Below are positions 29,375 through 38,696 of a stretch of DNA of 64,000 bases, one piece after another. The stretch is taken from positions 1,056,001 through 1,120,000 of the forward strand of contig OZ246423.1 of assembly GCA_965231215.1 (NCBI GenBank), written 5' to 3'. The translations under genes were made by a program, and so were the position numbers. Position 1 is the stretch's first letter. The number at the start of each line of letters is the position of its first letter. The DNA comes from Candidatus Altimarinota bacterium. Its GTDB lineage: Bacteria > Patescibacteriota > Gracilibacteria > UBA4473. The notes beneath the pieces were generated by a model. It saw nothing but the letters and a program-made list of their open reading frames with translations, ran no database searches and was not told the DNA's origin.

Positions 29375-30829
29375 ATGAAAAACGACTTTCAAACCATTTT
29401 CAGAATTACCGATCCCTTCATCTTTACCGTCTTTGGAGCTTCAGGAGACTTAGCGAAGCTTAAGATTTTTCCAGCGCTCTTTGCCTTAGCCGAACAAAAC
29501 CGATTTCCAAAAGAGTTTGCTATTGTAGGGTACGCACGAACCCAAAAGACTCAGGAAGAATTTAGAGCTGAATTTTCGGCCTCTATCAAAGACCACTACA
29601 AAGGTGCTTGGGGCGAATATCAAGACCAAGTATTAACAAAACTACTGACTCATGTAGGGTATTATTCGGGGCAATATGATCGTCATGATGACTTTAAAGG
29701 ATACAAAAATTTTCTTTCTGAAAAGTTTAAAAAACTAGCTGACATTACACAAATCAGCTACTTTTCAGTGCCGCCATTTGTAGTAGATCCAATTATGCGG
29801 AATTTAGCGGAAGTTTTTGAACCCCAAGAAAATGATCTCAGAATTATTCTAGAGAAACCATTTGGTGATGATGAAGCCTCGGCTCGTCAACTCTTTAGAT
29901 GTATTAATAAATTTTATAGGCAAGACCAGGTGTATCTTTTAGACCACTACCTGGGCAAAAAAGCAGTGCGAAGTTTGATTCCGCTGCGGCATATGAACCG
30001 GATTCTAAATACTATGCTCAAAGGCCCTGAAATTGCTAATATCCAGATTTCGGCGTTAGAACCTATGGGAGTGGGGGAACGCATTGGGTATTTTGATGAA
30101 GTAGGGACACTCAAAGATGTGGTTCAGTCACATTTACTTCAAGTTTTGGCGATGTTGACCATGTCCATTCCTATTGAAGCTAATGCTGAAAGAGTTCAAG
30201 AAGAACGTGCCGCTATACTGGCGGCCCTAGAATTTGTCCCAGACAAAAACAATATTTCTCTAGGCCAATATGCAGAATACAAAAGTGAAGATGCGCAAGT
30301 AGCCAATTCTTCAACCAAAACTTTTGCAGCACTGAGATTAAATATTAATCGAGAGACCTGGTACAACGTGCCTATCTTTATGCGAACCGGGAAAAAGTTG
30401 CATGAAAAACATACGTTTCTGGTAGTAGAACTCAAAAAGTTTGCGTTTCAGGATGAATCGCATGAGCCTAATCGAGTGATTATCGAGTTTTTTCCTTCAG
30501 AATCTATTCAAATTCGTTTATTAGATGAAGATGGAGCCACAATGAGGCAGGGAGAAATTGCCGCCAGTGAATCTATTGCCTGTCATGGAGATTACTGTTT
30601 GCCCGAACATGGGTTGCTACTCTTAGACGTCATTCGCGGAGAAAAACGCTACTTCCTTAGCATGGACGAAATCATTGCTTCATGGCATATCATTGATCAG
30701 GTTATGGATTTTATTCAGACTCAAAAAATTAAACCAGAAATCTATGCTTCTGGAACCGAAGGGCCAAAAAATCAGCAAAATTTAATGAAGGGAACCGACT
30801 TCTCTTGGTATGATCCCCATGGGAAATAA
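29375..30829 (+). CDS. zwf: Glucose-6-phosphate 1-dehydrogenase
   Basis: GASGDLA, EKPFG, DHYLGK, DVVQSH, RTGK. Confidence 0.95.
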   Translation: MKNDFQTIFRITDPFIFTVFGASGDLAKLKIFPALFALAEQNRFPKEFAIVGYARTQKTQEEFRAEFSASIKDHYKGAWGEYQDQVLTKLLTHVGYYSGQYDRHDDFKGYKNFLSEKFKKLADITQISYFSVPPFVVDPIMRNLAEVFEPQENDLRIILEKPFGDDEASARQLFRCINKFYRQDQVYLLDHYLGKKAVRSLIPLRHMNRILNTMLKGPEIANIQISALEPMGVGERIGYFDEVGTLKDVVQSHLLQVLAMLTMSIPIEANAERVQEERAAILAALEFVPDKNNISLGQYAEYKSEDAQVANSSTKTFAALRLNINRETWYNVPIFMRTGKKLHEKHTFLVVELKKFAFQDESHEPNRVIIEFFPSESIQIRLLDEDGATMRQGEIAASESIACHGDYCLPEHGLLLLDVIRGEKRYFLSMDEIIASWHIIDQVMDFIQTQKIKPEIYASGTEGPKNQQNLMKGTDFSWYDPHGK

Positions 30830-30838
30830 TAAAAGATT

Positions 30839-31360
30839 ATGGGAAGTGTTAGATTAATAATGCCGGATATTAAATACCGAAAATCATTTCTAGAAGCCAT
30901 GGATGATTTTGAAAATGCTAAAATTGATGAATGGTTTTGGCCCCATGCAAATTCATCAAGAGAAACACTTCAGCCGTATTTGCAGATAATGAAAGAAAAC
31001 CATTTGGGCATCAATATTCCTAAAACTTTTGTTTCCAGTTCAATGTTCTGGCTACTTGAGGGTACAGAGGTCATTGGAAGAGTTCATATTCGTCATAAAT
31101 TAAATGAAAAACTTTTACAGAAAGGGGGGCACATTGGATACTACATTAAACCATCTAGGTGGAACCAGGGTTATGGAACTCAGGCTCTGAAGTTAGGACT
31201 TAAAAAGATGCCTGAGTGGGATATTCAAAAAGTTTTAGTGACGGCCGATGATAAAAATACAGCTTCATGGAAGATTATTGAAAAATGTGGAGGCGTATTG
31301 GAAAATAAGATTGTTGATGGAGAAAGTAATTTGATAAGAAGATATTGGATTAAGTTGTAA
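30839..31360 (+). CDS. GNAT family acetyltransferase
   Basis: GGHIGYYIKPSRWNQGYGT, NTASWKIIEKCGG. Confidence 0.9.
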   Translation: MGSVRLIMPDIKYRKSFLEAMDDFENAKIDEWFWPHANSSRETLQPYLQIMKENHLGINIPKTFVSSSMFWLLEGTEVIGRVHIRHKLNEKLLQKGGHIGYYIKPSRWNQGYGTQALKLGLKKMPEWDIQKVLVTADDKNTASWKIIEKCGGVLENKIVDGESNLIRRYWIKL

Positions 31361-31375
31361 AGTTTCATTTTTTTT

Positions 31376-31448
31376 GTCATCCTGCGCTTGTTTCAGGATC
31401 TTCCGAATTTTAAAAATATCGAAGATGCTGAAATAAATTCAGCATGAC
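31376..31448. repeat. Complete two-armed REP-like element
   Basis: GTCATCCTGCGCTTGTTTCAGGATCTTC...GAAGATGCTGAAATAAATTCAGCATGAC; each arm is a hairpin and the arms are mutually inverted with GTCAT/ATGAC ends. Confidence 0.8.
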
Positions 31449-31457
31449 ACTTTTGAT

Positions 31458-32123
31458 ATGGCCAATATCCAGACCTTTACCAACTCAAAAGACTTTGTAA
31501 ATAAGTCTGTTGAACTCGTGAATCAGACTCGAGACCACGCAGAAAAAAACTTCAGAATGGCTTTAAGTGGAGGAAGTTCAGCGGGCATTATTAATGCCTT
31601 ACAGCAAAAGAAGTTCTTATTTTTTCAGACAGAAATCTGGCAAGTAGATGAGCGGTTTGTATCACCAGATCACTCAGATTCTAACGCGAATTTGTTGAAA
31701 GGATACCTAGAAGGATCTGACTGGGATGAACGATTTTTCCCCATTTTAGATACGCCAGAAGCCAGCATTAAGGCCTATCAGGAAATGTTTGAACCGGATC
31801 TAGAAGGTTATCTTTTTGACCTAGTTGTCTTGGGGATTGGGCCAGATGGCCATACGGCATCTCTTTTTCCTGGAGCCGAAATCCTTGATAATGATTCAGA
31901 TTTAGTAGCCGTAACTCAGACAGATAAATTTGCGGTTAAGACTCGACTCACCTTAACCTTCGAAGCTCTCAAAAGAACTCGAAAAATTATAGTGCTTATG
32001 ATGGGGTCTACTAAATCAGAAATTTTTAAAACCATCACTGATCCGGCTACAGATTACCATCAATTTCCGGCGAGAAAATTGCTTGCTTGGGATAATGTGG
32101 AGATTTTATTCCTCAATAATTAG
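31458..32123 (+). CDS. pgl: 6-phosphogluconolactonase
   Basis: LSGGSS, DERFV, SNA, LGIGPDGHTASLFP, RLTLT. Confidence 0.93.
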   Translation: MANIQTFTNSKDFVNKSVELVNQTRDHAEKNFRMALSGGSSAGIINALQQKKFLFFQTEIWQVDERFVSPDHSDSNANLLKGYLEGSDWDERFFPILDTPEASIKAYQEMFEPDLEGYLFDLVVLGIGPDGHTASLFPGAEILDNDSDLVAVTQTDKFAVKTRLTLTFEALKRTRKIIVLMMGSTKSEIFKTITDPATDYHQFPARKLLAWDNVEILFLNN

Positions 32124-32210
32124 TCCGTTCAGGAAAGGAGTAAAGTTTTGAAGAAATCCGTTTTGGCTTTAGAATCTAAGACAACTCTTATTTTTTATTT
32201 CCACATTTAT

Positions 32211-32429
32211 ATGAAAAAAGAAGGATGGAATTGCTGTCCCGTTACTATGGCTGCTTATATTTTAGTACTCGTTGGAGGCCTAAACTGGGGGGCTGTAGCT
32301 TTTGATCTGAACCTGGTAAACACGCTTGTAGGGTCATGGCCAATGGTAGAAAAAGTAGTATATGCTGCTGTTGGTTTTGCAGCGGTATTCTTGGTTATCA
32401 AAATGGCTTCTAGTTGCAGTAAAAAGTAA
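32211..32429 (+). CDS. DUF378-family small membrane protein
   Basis: LVLVGGLNWG...NLV...VYAAVG; ATG 32211 preferred over upstream TTG. Confidence 0.85.
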   Translation: MKKEGWNCCPVTMAAYILVLVGGLNWGAVAFDLNLVNTLVGSWPMVEKVVYAAVGFAAVFLVIKMASSCSKK

Positions 32430-32550
32430 CGGAAACACCACGAGTGTGTGAGTGGCTATGCGAAAATGTTATCCCTTCTTGATATTAAGAGGAGGTTTGT
32501 AGGTAATAAAAAGGTGGGATATCTTTCTCGTTTTACTACACTTAAAATAG

Positions 32551-33234
32551 ATGGAATTAGAGTACAAAATCCGACGCAGTCAGCGAGCCCGGAAGATGCA
32601 GATCAGTATAGATCAAAAAGGGGAGGTAGTCTTAGTTTTACCTCGATTTATACCGGAATGGATAGGGCGGAATTTTGTAATCCAAAACCAGCACTGGATT
32701 TCTAAAAAAAAGCAAAAAATTTCATTTACTTTACCAGATCAAAAAGCCTGGAAATCGGGTGATGAATTGGTTTTTTTTGATCAAAAATTTTATACAATAA
32801 AAGTGCTTAAACCGACGAAAAAATCTCAGTTTGAAACGGTGTTTCAGGCACTACATATTTACGCTGATACTCAAGGAGATATCAATTATCAGATAGAACG
32901 ATTCTATCGTCAGCAGGCTCAGAAATATTTAACTTCTAGATCCCATTACTTTGCTGCAATTTTAGGCGTTGATTTTAATAGAATTACTATCAAAAATACG
33001 AAGTCCCGGTGGGGGAGTTGCTCCTCTAAAAAGAACCTGAATTACAATTGGCGTATTATGATGGCTCCCAGAGAGGTGATTGATTATCTAGTAGTTCATG
33101 AGGTTTGTCATTTAAAAGAAATGAACCACTCCCAGGCTTTTTGGAATTTGGTGGCAGGTCTCGATTCAGACTTCAAAACTCATAAAAAGTGGCTTCGAGA
33201 AAACCAAAACAAGCTCCTCAATTTTCTTTTATAA
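32551..33234 (+). CDS. YgjP/SprT-like (M48/DUF45) zinc metallopeptidase
   Basis: KSRWGSCS, YLVVHEVCHL, NHSQAFW. Confidence 0.92.
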   Translation: MELEYKIRRSQRARKMQISIDQKGEVVLVLPRFIPEWIGRNFVIQNQHWISKKKQKISFTLPDQKAWKSGDELVFFDQKFYTIKVLKPTKKSQFETVFQALHIYADTQGDINYQIERFYRQQAQKYLTSRSHYFAAILGVDFNRITIKNTKSRWGSCSSKKNLNYNWRIMMAPREVIDYLVVHEVCHLKEMNHSQAFWNLVAGLDSDFKTHKKWLRENQNKLLNFLL

Positions 33235-33310
33235 TATTCTGACTTGTTCAGCATACTCAAGTTTATATCATGAGTTCGTTTTTTATCAGACTCTGGGCGA
33301 GCCAGAGTGT
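33235..33310. repeat. Two-armed REP-like element (degenerate)
   Basis: Left arm TATTCTGACTTGTTCAGCAT abuts the upstream stop; right arm AGACTCTGGGCGAGCCAGAGTGT ends 3 nt before the next ATG. Confidence 0.7.
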
Positions 33311-33313
33311 TAA

Positions 33314-35026
33314 ATGAATATGCCTAAAATAAAAAGACCGCCCCGCCATTTTTTACCCGAAGATTTTATACCCACCACTTGGGAGGCGCTTTCACCCTAT
33401 TTTATGGAGCTTTTAGCCCAGAAGGTTGATTCTGTAAAAGATTTAGAAACGCTACTCAAAAATCGAAGTGAATTAGAAGCCGTGCTAGAAGAAGACTTTG
33501 CGTGGAAGTATATTAAAATGAATAAAGATACCACAGACCAAGAAGCCCAAAAAGCATTCCATGATTTTGTAGAAAATATTCAACCAAAGCTGGCATTAGA
33601 AGGCGATAAATTGAATAAAAAAATTGTTCAAAATGAGCATTTTGAAGCCCTGCCTGATGCCCCTTATTTAACGTATAAAAGAAACCTAAAATCTTCTGTA
33701 GAAATTTTTAGAACTGAAAATGTACCACTCTTTACAGAACTAGAAAAAGAGGCTCAACAATTTGGGTCTATCCAGGGAGCGATGACCATTGAACATGAAG
33801 GTGAAGAACTCACTATGCAGCAGGCGAGCCTGAAACTGCAAGAAAATGATCGAGGTTTGCGTGAAGCAGTGTATCGTAAAACTTCATCCCGAAGAATGCA
33901 GGATCAAAAACCCTTGGACCAACTTTGCTCTGACCTAGTTACTAAAAGACATAAAGTCGCCCAAAATGCGGGATTTGAGAACTTTAGAGATTATATGTTT
34001 GTGGCTCTCGGACGGTTTGATTACACACCACAAGATTGTTTTGACTTTCATCAAGCCGTAAAGACCCATGTAGTTCCAGTAGTGAAAAAAATTCTCCAAC
34101 AGAGAGCCTCAAAGCTGAAGCTGGATACACTTCGTCCTTGGGATATGCATGTAGATGTCTCTGGTAAACCAGCACTTAAACCTTTTGATGGAGCTGATGA
34201 TTTGATTGTAAAGACCAAAGAATGTTTTAATCGTTTAGATCCGTTTTTCGGAGAAGTGATTCAAACTATGGATGATTTAGGTCACTTTGATTTAGAGAGT
34301 CGAAAAGGAAAAGCTCCAGGGGGATTTATGTATCCGCTTTATGAAATTGGAGTGCCATTCATTTATATGAATTCAGTAAACGCGCACCGTGATTTAGAAA
34401 CGATAGTGCATGAAGGCGGGCACGCTATTCACTCAATGCTGACTCGCGACTATCCACTCAATGAATGGAAATCTACACCATCAGAAGTGGCAGAACTGGC
34501 CTCAATGAGCATGGAACTGATTTCTATGGCACACTGGGATGTTTTTTACAGTGCAGAAGAGTTGGAAAGAGCGCGTCAAGAAAAGTTTGAAGAAGTGGTT
34601 ATGGCATTGCCTTGGATTGCGATTGTAGATGCGTTCCAGCACTGGTTGTATGAAAATCCAGATCATACTCCAAAACAACGAAAAGACACCTGGCTTAATA
34701 TCTTGAGCGATTTTGATACTGGAATGGTAGATTATACCGACTTTGAAACCGATAGAGCTATAAAGTGGCAGTCTCAGATGCACATTTATGAAGTGCCTTT
34801 TTACTACATTGAATATGGTTTTGCTCAATTAGGAGCTATTGCCATGTGGAAAAACTTTGAAACCGACAATGTCAAAGGACTTGAAGGCTATCAGGATTTT
34901 ATGAAACTTGGATATACTAAGACCATTCCTGAAATATATGAGGCTGCTGGGATCAAATTTGATTTTTCACCGAGCTATATCAAAGATTTAATGGACTTTG
35001 TTGAAGGTCACATGCAGTTTGATTAA
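33314..35026 (+). CDS. M3 family oligoendopeptidase
   Basis: GKAPGG, HEGGHAIH, EVAELASMSME, PFYYIEY. Confidence 0.95.
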   Translation: MNMPKIKRPPRHFLPEDFIPTTWEALSPYFMELLAQKVDSVKDLETLLKNRSELEAVLEEDFAWKYIKMNKDTTDQEAQKAFHDFVENIQPKLALEGDKLNKKIVQNEHFEALPDAPYLTYKRNLKSSVEIFRTENVPLFTELEKEAQQFGSIQGAMTIEHEGEELTMQQASLKLQENDRGLREAVYRKTSSRRMQDQKPLDQLCSDLVTKRHKVAQNAGFENFRDYMFVALGRFDYTPQDCFDFHQAVKTHVVPVVKKILQQRASKLKLDTLRPWDMHVDVSGKPALKPFDGADDLIVKTKECFNRLDPFFGEVIQTMDDLGHFDLESRKGKAPGGFMYPLYEIGVPFIYMNSVNAHRDLETIVHEGGHAIHSMLTRDYPLNEWKSTPSEVAELASMSMELISMAHWDVFYSAEELERARQEKFEEVVMALPWIAIVDAFQHWLYENPDHTPKQRKDTWLNILSDFDTGMVDYTDFETDRAIKWQSQMHIYEVPFYYIEYGFAQLGAIAMWKNFETDNVKGLEGYQDFMKLGYTKTIPEIYEAAGIKFDFSPSYIKDLMDFVEGHMQFD

Positions 35027-35036
35027 GAATCATCAT

Positions 35037-36458
35037 TTAAGACTCTGTGCCCCCTCTGAGTTTTTTGATGAGTTCTGTACAAGTGCCAACGAAATTATGG
35101 ATACTTGGAGCAGGCGCTTCAGCTCGACCATCGTGATGAAAATCTACATAAAAGAGAGAAGCACAAGCCTGAAATTGCTCTGAGAGGTTGCTCGTCACAT
35201 TGAGCAGGTATTCTGCTCGAGCTGCCATAGCGCCCGTAAATTCATCGGGGTCACTCGCAATATTAAAAAAAACTTCAGGTCTCTGTACTCCATGCTGAAC
35301 TGCATTTTTTTTATTGATGGGAACCCCCGCTTCAGCCGCTGATTTAAATTCTGCTTCGTAGTTTTCCCAAGTATAGCTACTATCATTCGTAGCCTGATTT
35401 TTTAGGAGTGTTTCAGTTTGGAATACGCTTCTAATAGCGTGGGCTTCACTGGTAGCTTTTGGGCCCCAAAACTTGACGCTTTTCATCGCTCTAGCTCTGA
35501 GCCGTTCTACTACTTTAGCGGCTTGTTCCCGGCTTTCATTTTTTTCGGTTAATCTTGCGATTTCTTCCTGAACTTCAGGTGGTTCATCATCGTGGGCGGC
35601 GATCTCTGGAATATCTAGAGAGCTTCCAGTAATGGCTTCATACTGCTCATTTAGAGTTTCAAATTGATCAACGGCCTGGGATTCAATATTTTCAGCCTCG
35701 ATGAGGCGACTTTCAATATCACTTACCTCGGGATGTCTTTCATAAAAACTACGGCTCCCACAAAGCTCTAAAAGATTATCTAATTCAGTGCGACAATCAC
35801 TGGTGGGAGTTCCAATACTTTGATTATATTTTTTGATAAAAGTTTTGATATACTTTTGTTTAATATTTCGAGCCTTCATTACCTCTTGTCGCCAGGCTTT
35901 TACGGCATTTTCGTTGCCGCTAACTTCATCTAATTTTTCGTACCAGGCATCAATTTCATTTTGGGGGAAGTAGTTTTGGAGGTCTCGATCTAAGTCTGTT
36001 TTAGCCTTTTCTAAAGCTTTCTCTTTGAACTTTGCAATGTTTTCATATTCGAGCTTGGTTTCTTCAAAGATTTTATGAAGGGCTTTTAACTTTGGATCAA
36101 GATACTGACTTGTGAGGGTTTCAGGATTAAATGGAATAAAATCCTCCCAGAAAGTTTTTAAATATTCTTTCATCAAGGCCGTTGTTCCATAGGGTGTCAT
36201 CTCTAGTTCGAAAGCTTCTACAGAGTTTTTGAGCGTAACCGCATTTTGAATTAAATTTTCAATACTGCGTTTAGCCATCTCACTTTGATCAACATCAAAA
36301 ATACGCTGAATGTGATCAGTTAAAGGCTTATGTAATCTAGAGTTGGTTTGTTCTCGGATAATTTTTTTCTGATACTCTAGAAAGCTTACATCTGCAGGGC
36401 TTATGCTGCTTTCTATAGACGGATCATCTTCACTCGTACTGGGTTCTGACACATTCAT
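35037..36458 (-). CDS. Hypothetical coiled-coil protein
   Basis: 473-aa ORF, Glu/Lys-rich, no recognisable motif; TATAAT about 10 nt upstream. Confidence 0.75.
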   Translation of the reverse strand: MNVSEPSTSEDDPSIESSISPADVSFLEYQKKIIREQTNSRLHKPLTDHIQRIFDVDQSEMAKRSIENLIQNAVTLKNSVEAFELEMTPYGTTALMKEYLKTFWEDFIPFNPETLTSQYLDPKLKALHKIFEETKLEYENIAKFKEKALEKAKTDLDRDLQNYFPQNEIDAWYEKLDEVSGNENAVKAWRQEVMKARNIKQKYIKTFIKKYNQSIGTPTSDCRTELDNLLELCGSRSFYERHPEVSDIESRLIEAENIESQAVDQFETLNEQYEAITGSSLDIPEIAAHDDEPPEVQEEIARLTEKNESREQAAKVVERLRARAMKSVKFWGPKATSEAHAIRSVFQTETLLKNQATNDSSYTWENYEAEFKSAAEAGVPINKKNAVQHGVQRPEVFFNIASDPDEFTGAMAARAEYLLNVTSNLSEQFQACASLFYVDFHHDGRAEAPAPSIHNFVGTCTELIKKLRGGTES

Positions 36459-36478
36459 TCCACGAAGGATTATATGAT

Positions 36479-36504
36479 AAAAGGCTCGGATTGCCGAGCC
36501 TTTT
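36479..36504. terminator. Intrinsic terminator
   Basis: AAAAGGCTCGG-ATTG-CCGAGCCTTTT downstream of the 36526 gene. Confidence 0.8.
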
Positions 36505-36525
36505 ATTTATTTTTTAAATTTTTTT

Positions 36526-36882
36526 TTACTGAGTAGTTTCTTCAACTTCTGCTTCTGTTGCTGGTGAAGCAATTGGATCAACTTCAACCGGAGTTTCTAC
36601 AGGGGCTTGGATTTCAGGAAGTTCTAAAGCCTCACATTCAACATTGATGAGATTTACTTCAACTTTGTTGTTTTCATCTAGATGATTAAACAGATTGACT
36701 GGTTGACATGGAGCATTCTTTGCTCGAGCAATAATTTCACTAATAGCTTGGGCTTGTCCAGTCCTGAGGGCGGCTTCAATAGTTTGTTTGTCTACCTCAT
36801 CATTTCGGTGTTTTCCATCTTTACAGGCAGTAATAGCAAGAGCAACGATGATAAGGCTACAGAAAGTAATAAAATTTTTCAT
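36526..36882 (-). CDS. Hypothetical lipoprotein
   Basis: MKNFITFCSLIIVALAITAC lipobox from ATG 36882; upstream TTGCCC-17-TAAAAT (36918-36946). Confidence 0.8.
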   Translation of the reverse strand: MKNFITFCSLIIVALAITACKDGKHRNDEVDKQTIEAALRTGQAQAISEIIARAKNAPCQPVNLFNHLDENNKVEVNLINVECEALELPEIQAPVETPVEVDPIASPATEAEVEETTQ

Positions 36883-36997
36883 GGGTGAAAATAGGATTAA
36901 AAATTTAAATCGGAACAATTTTAGCGACTTCAAAAACTAAGGGCAATTATTAATATATTTACTTTCTATGAATAGATTTTTATGATATAATTATGGG

Positions 36998-38692
36998 ATG
37001 AAAATTTATTTTAGTTCAGTGTCTTTCAATTCTTTAAAATTATTTTTAAAGCGTCATGATGATTTGATTGGGGATGAAGTGCTTAACGATCAAGTGGATC
37101 TCAGTGTTGATTGGGGCGAAGAAATGAAGAAAAGTAAGATTTGGACTACTTCAACCCAAAATCGTCTAGCGCTTCAGATTGAGGCGGAGAGTAATACTAC
37201 TCAAAAAAAAGTAAGACAAGTTCAACGAGGAGATACCTTGGGTGCTATTGTTAAAGGATTAACTGGAAGCCTGGACTGGAGCCAGTCTGTAGATTATAAA
37301 AGCTCAAAATTGGGAAATAGACGTAAGCCAAAGGTTTTGCATAAAGCCAATCTCATCTATCCTGGACAGTATGTTTGGGTAGAAAATGGGGTTATTATTG
37401 TGTCGGACACAAAACCAGCCACAAAGCCAAGGCCAAGACCTCAACCAAGGCAAGAACCATCAAAAGATGATTCAGAACCAGTACCACTACCTCAGCATAA
37501 GCCTAAAGATGAACCAGAGATTGAGGTTAAACCTAAAAAGAAGTCTAAGAAAAAACCCAAAAAACAACCTGAAAAAGCACCCTCTAGCCCTGAACCACCA
37601 GCAACTCAAGAATCACCAAAACAACCTCCAAAGAAACAAAAACCCCCTGAAAAAGTACTGGTCCCTCAACAACCTCATCCTTTGCCAAAGAGGCCTGAGA
37701 TGACTAACTGGGATCCCCAATTGAGATTTAAACAGCAAGTACGTTTTAATCAATTAGAGCCAGAAAAGAAAAAGACTTTAAACTCTTTTTTTAATGTATC
37801 ACCAACAGATAGGTTTGATAAATATACATTTTCTGTAGTGAACCTGCCGCGCAGAACTCAGGGTATTTTAGATCAAGCACGGGAGGGTTTTCCAAAGGAT
37901 ACAGAGATTGATGTTTTAGGAAGTCGTGATATAGATATTCCAGGGTTTGCTAGTTTCTTACGCTCAGAAAACTCTGTGAATTTTACTTTAAGTAGAAAAA
38001 GAGTTAAAAACATAGAAGTAGAGCGACGCGGAGAATCACTAATTCTACTAAATTTTTTTGAAGGAAATAAATCGATCCTTAAAACTAAAGGAGGGCTTAA
38101 TGGTGATTTTACCAAAACAGCTCTTCTGAACGAATACAGTCATCAAGTAACGAATGACCTAGTTCATCGATACAAAAGCCTATGGGTTAAACAATATGTA
38201 GGAAAACCAGATCATGAGCTCCCAAGCAATATTCATGAGGTTATGAAAGCTTCACTCATAGATGGATTTTCTCACCCAGATATTCCATCTGGGAGGTATA
38301 ATTTCAATATGTTTAATGAGCTGCAATCTGATTGTATGTCTCATTCAGTCTATCCAGAAAGTTTGGAGGCAGTGTATTTTGTCTATGGGCAACAACCACT
38401 AGAGCCTGTACAGTATGCTTTGAATCGTGATTTTGTAGCTTTTCAATTGAGTAAATTTTTAAAAGAAAATGGTCACGGAAACTATACAAAAGATCAAATT
38501 AATCAAGCTTTTAGAGATTACTTTAATGCTTGGAGTCAAGGTCAAGCAACAAGAGTTGAAGAAATTATTGATCGATTCCACTTTAAAGATCCAGCTTTTT
38601 ATGCTCATATGCAAGAGAAATACACTGTAGTAGGAGAGGCGTTTTACGCGCATCTAGCTCAAAAAATTCAGAATATAAAACTAACTGCCTAG
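36998..38692 (+). CDS. LysM-domain protein with Pro/Lys-rich linker and gluzincin-like C-terminal domain
   Basis: VQRGDTLGAIV...ANLIYPGQYV LysM pattern; PKKQP-rich linker; LLNEYSH and FNELQSD motifs. Confidence 0.75.
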   Translation: MKIYFSSVSFNSLKLFLKRHDDLIGDEVLNDQVDLSVDWGEEMKKSKIWTTSTQNRLALQIEAESNTTQKKVRQVQRGDTLGAIVKGLTGSLDWSQSVDYKSSKLGNRRKPKVLHKANLIYPGQYVWVENGVIIVSDTKPATKPRPRPQPRQEPSKDDSEPVPLPQHKPKDEPEIEVKPKKKSKKKPKKQPEKAPSSPEPPATQESPKQPPKKQKPPEKVLVPQQPHPLPKRPEMTNWDPQLRFKQQVRFNQLEPEKKKTLNSFFNVSPTDRFDKYTFSVVNLPRRTQGILDQAREGFPKDTEIDVLGSRDIDIPGFASFLRSENSVNFTLSRKRVKNIEVERRGESLILLNFFEGNKSILKTKGGLNGDFTKTALLNEYSHQVTNDLVHRYKSLWVKQYVGKPDHELPSNIHEVMKASLIDGFSHPDIPSGRYNFNMFNELQSDCMSHSVYPESLEAVYFVYGQQPLEPVQYALNRDFVAFQLSKFLKENGHGNYTKDQINQAFRDYFNAWSQGQATRVEEIIDRFHFKDPAFYAHMQEKYTVVGEAFYAHLAQKIQNIKLTA

Positions 38693-38696
38693 AGCC

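Noticed and set aside
32448-32705. 85-aa ORF overlapping the M48 peptidase start
   Set aside because: Overlaps a well-supported gene out of frame and covers its promoter and an upstream hairpin.
37420-37700. Low-complexity Pro/Lys/Gln stretch as a tandem DNA repeat
   Set aside because: No exact repeat unit; an ordinary protein linker, like the acidic linker near 4150-4320.
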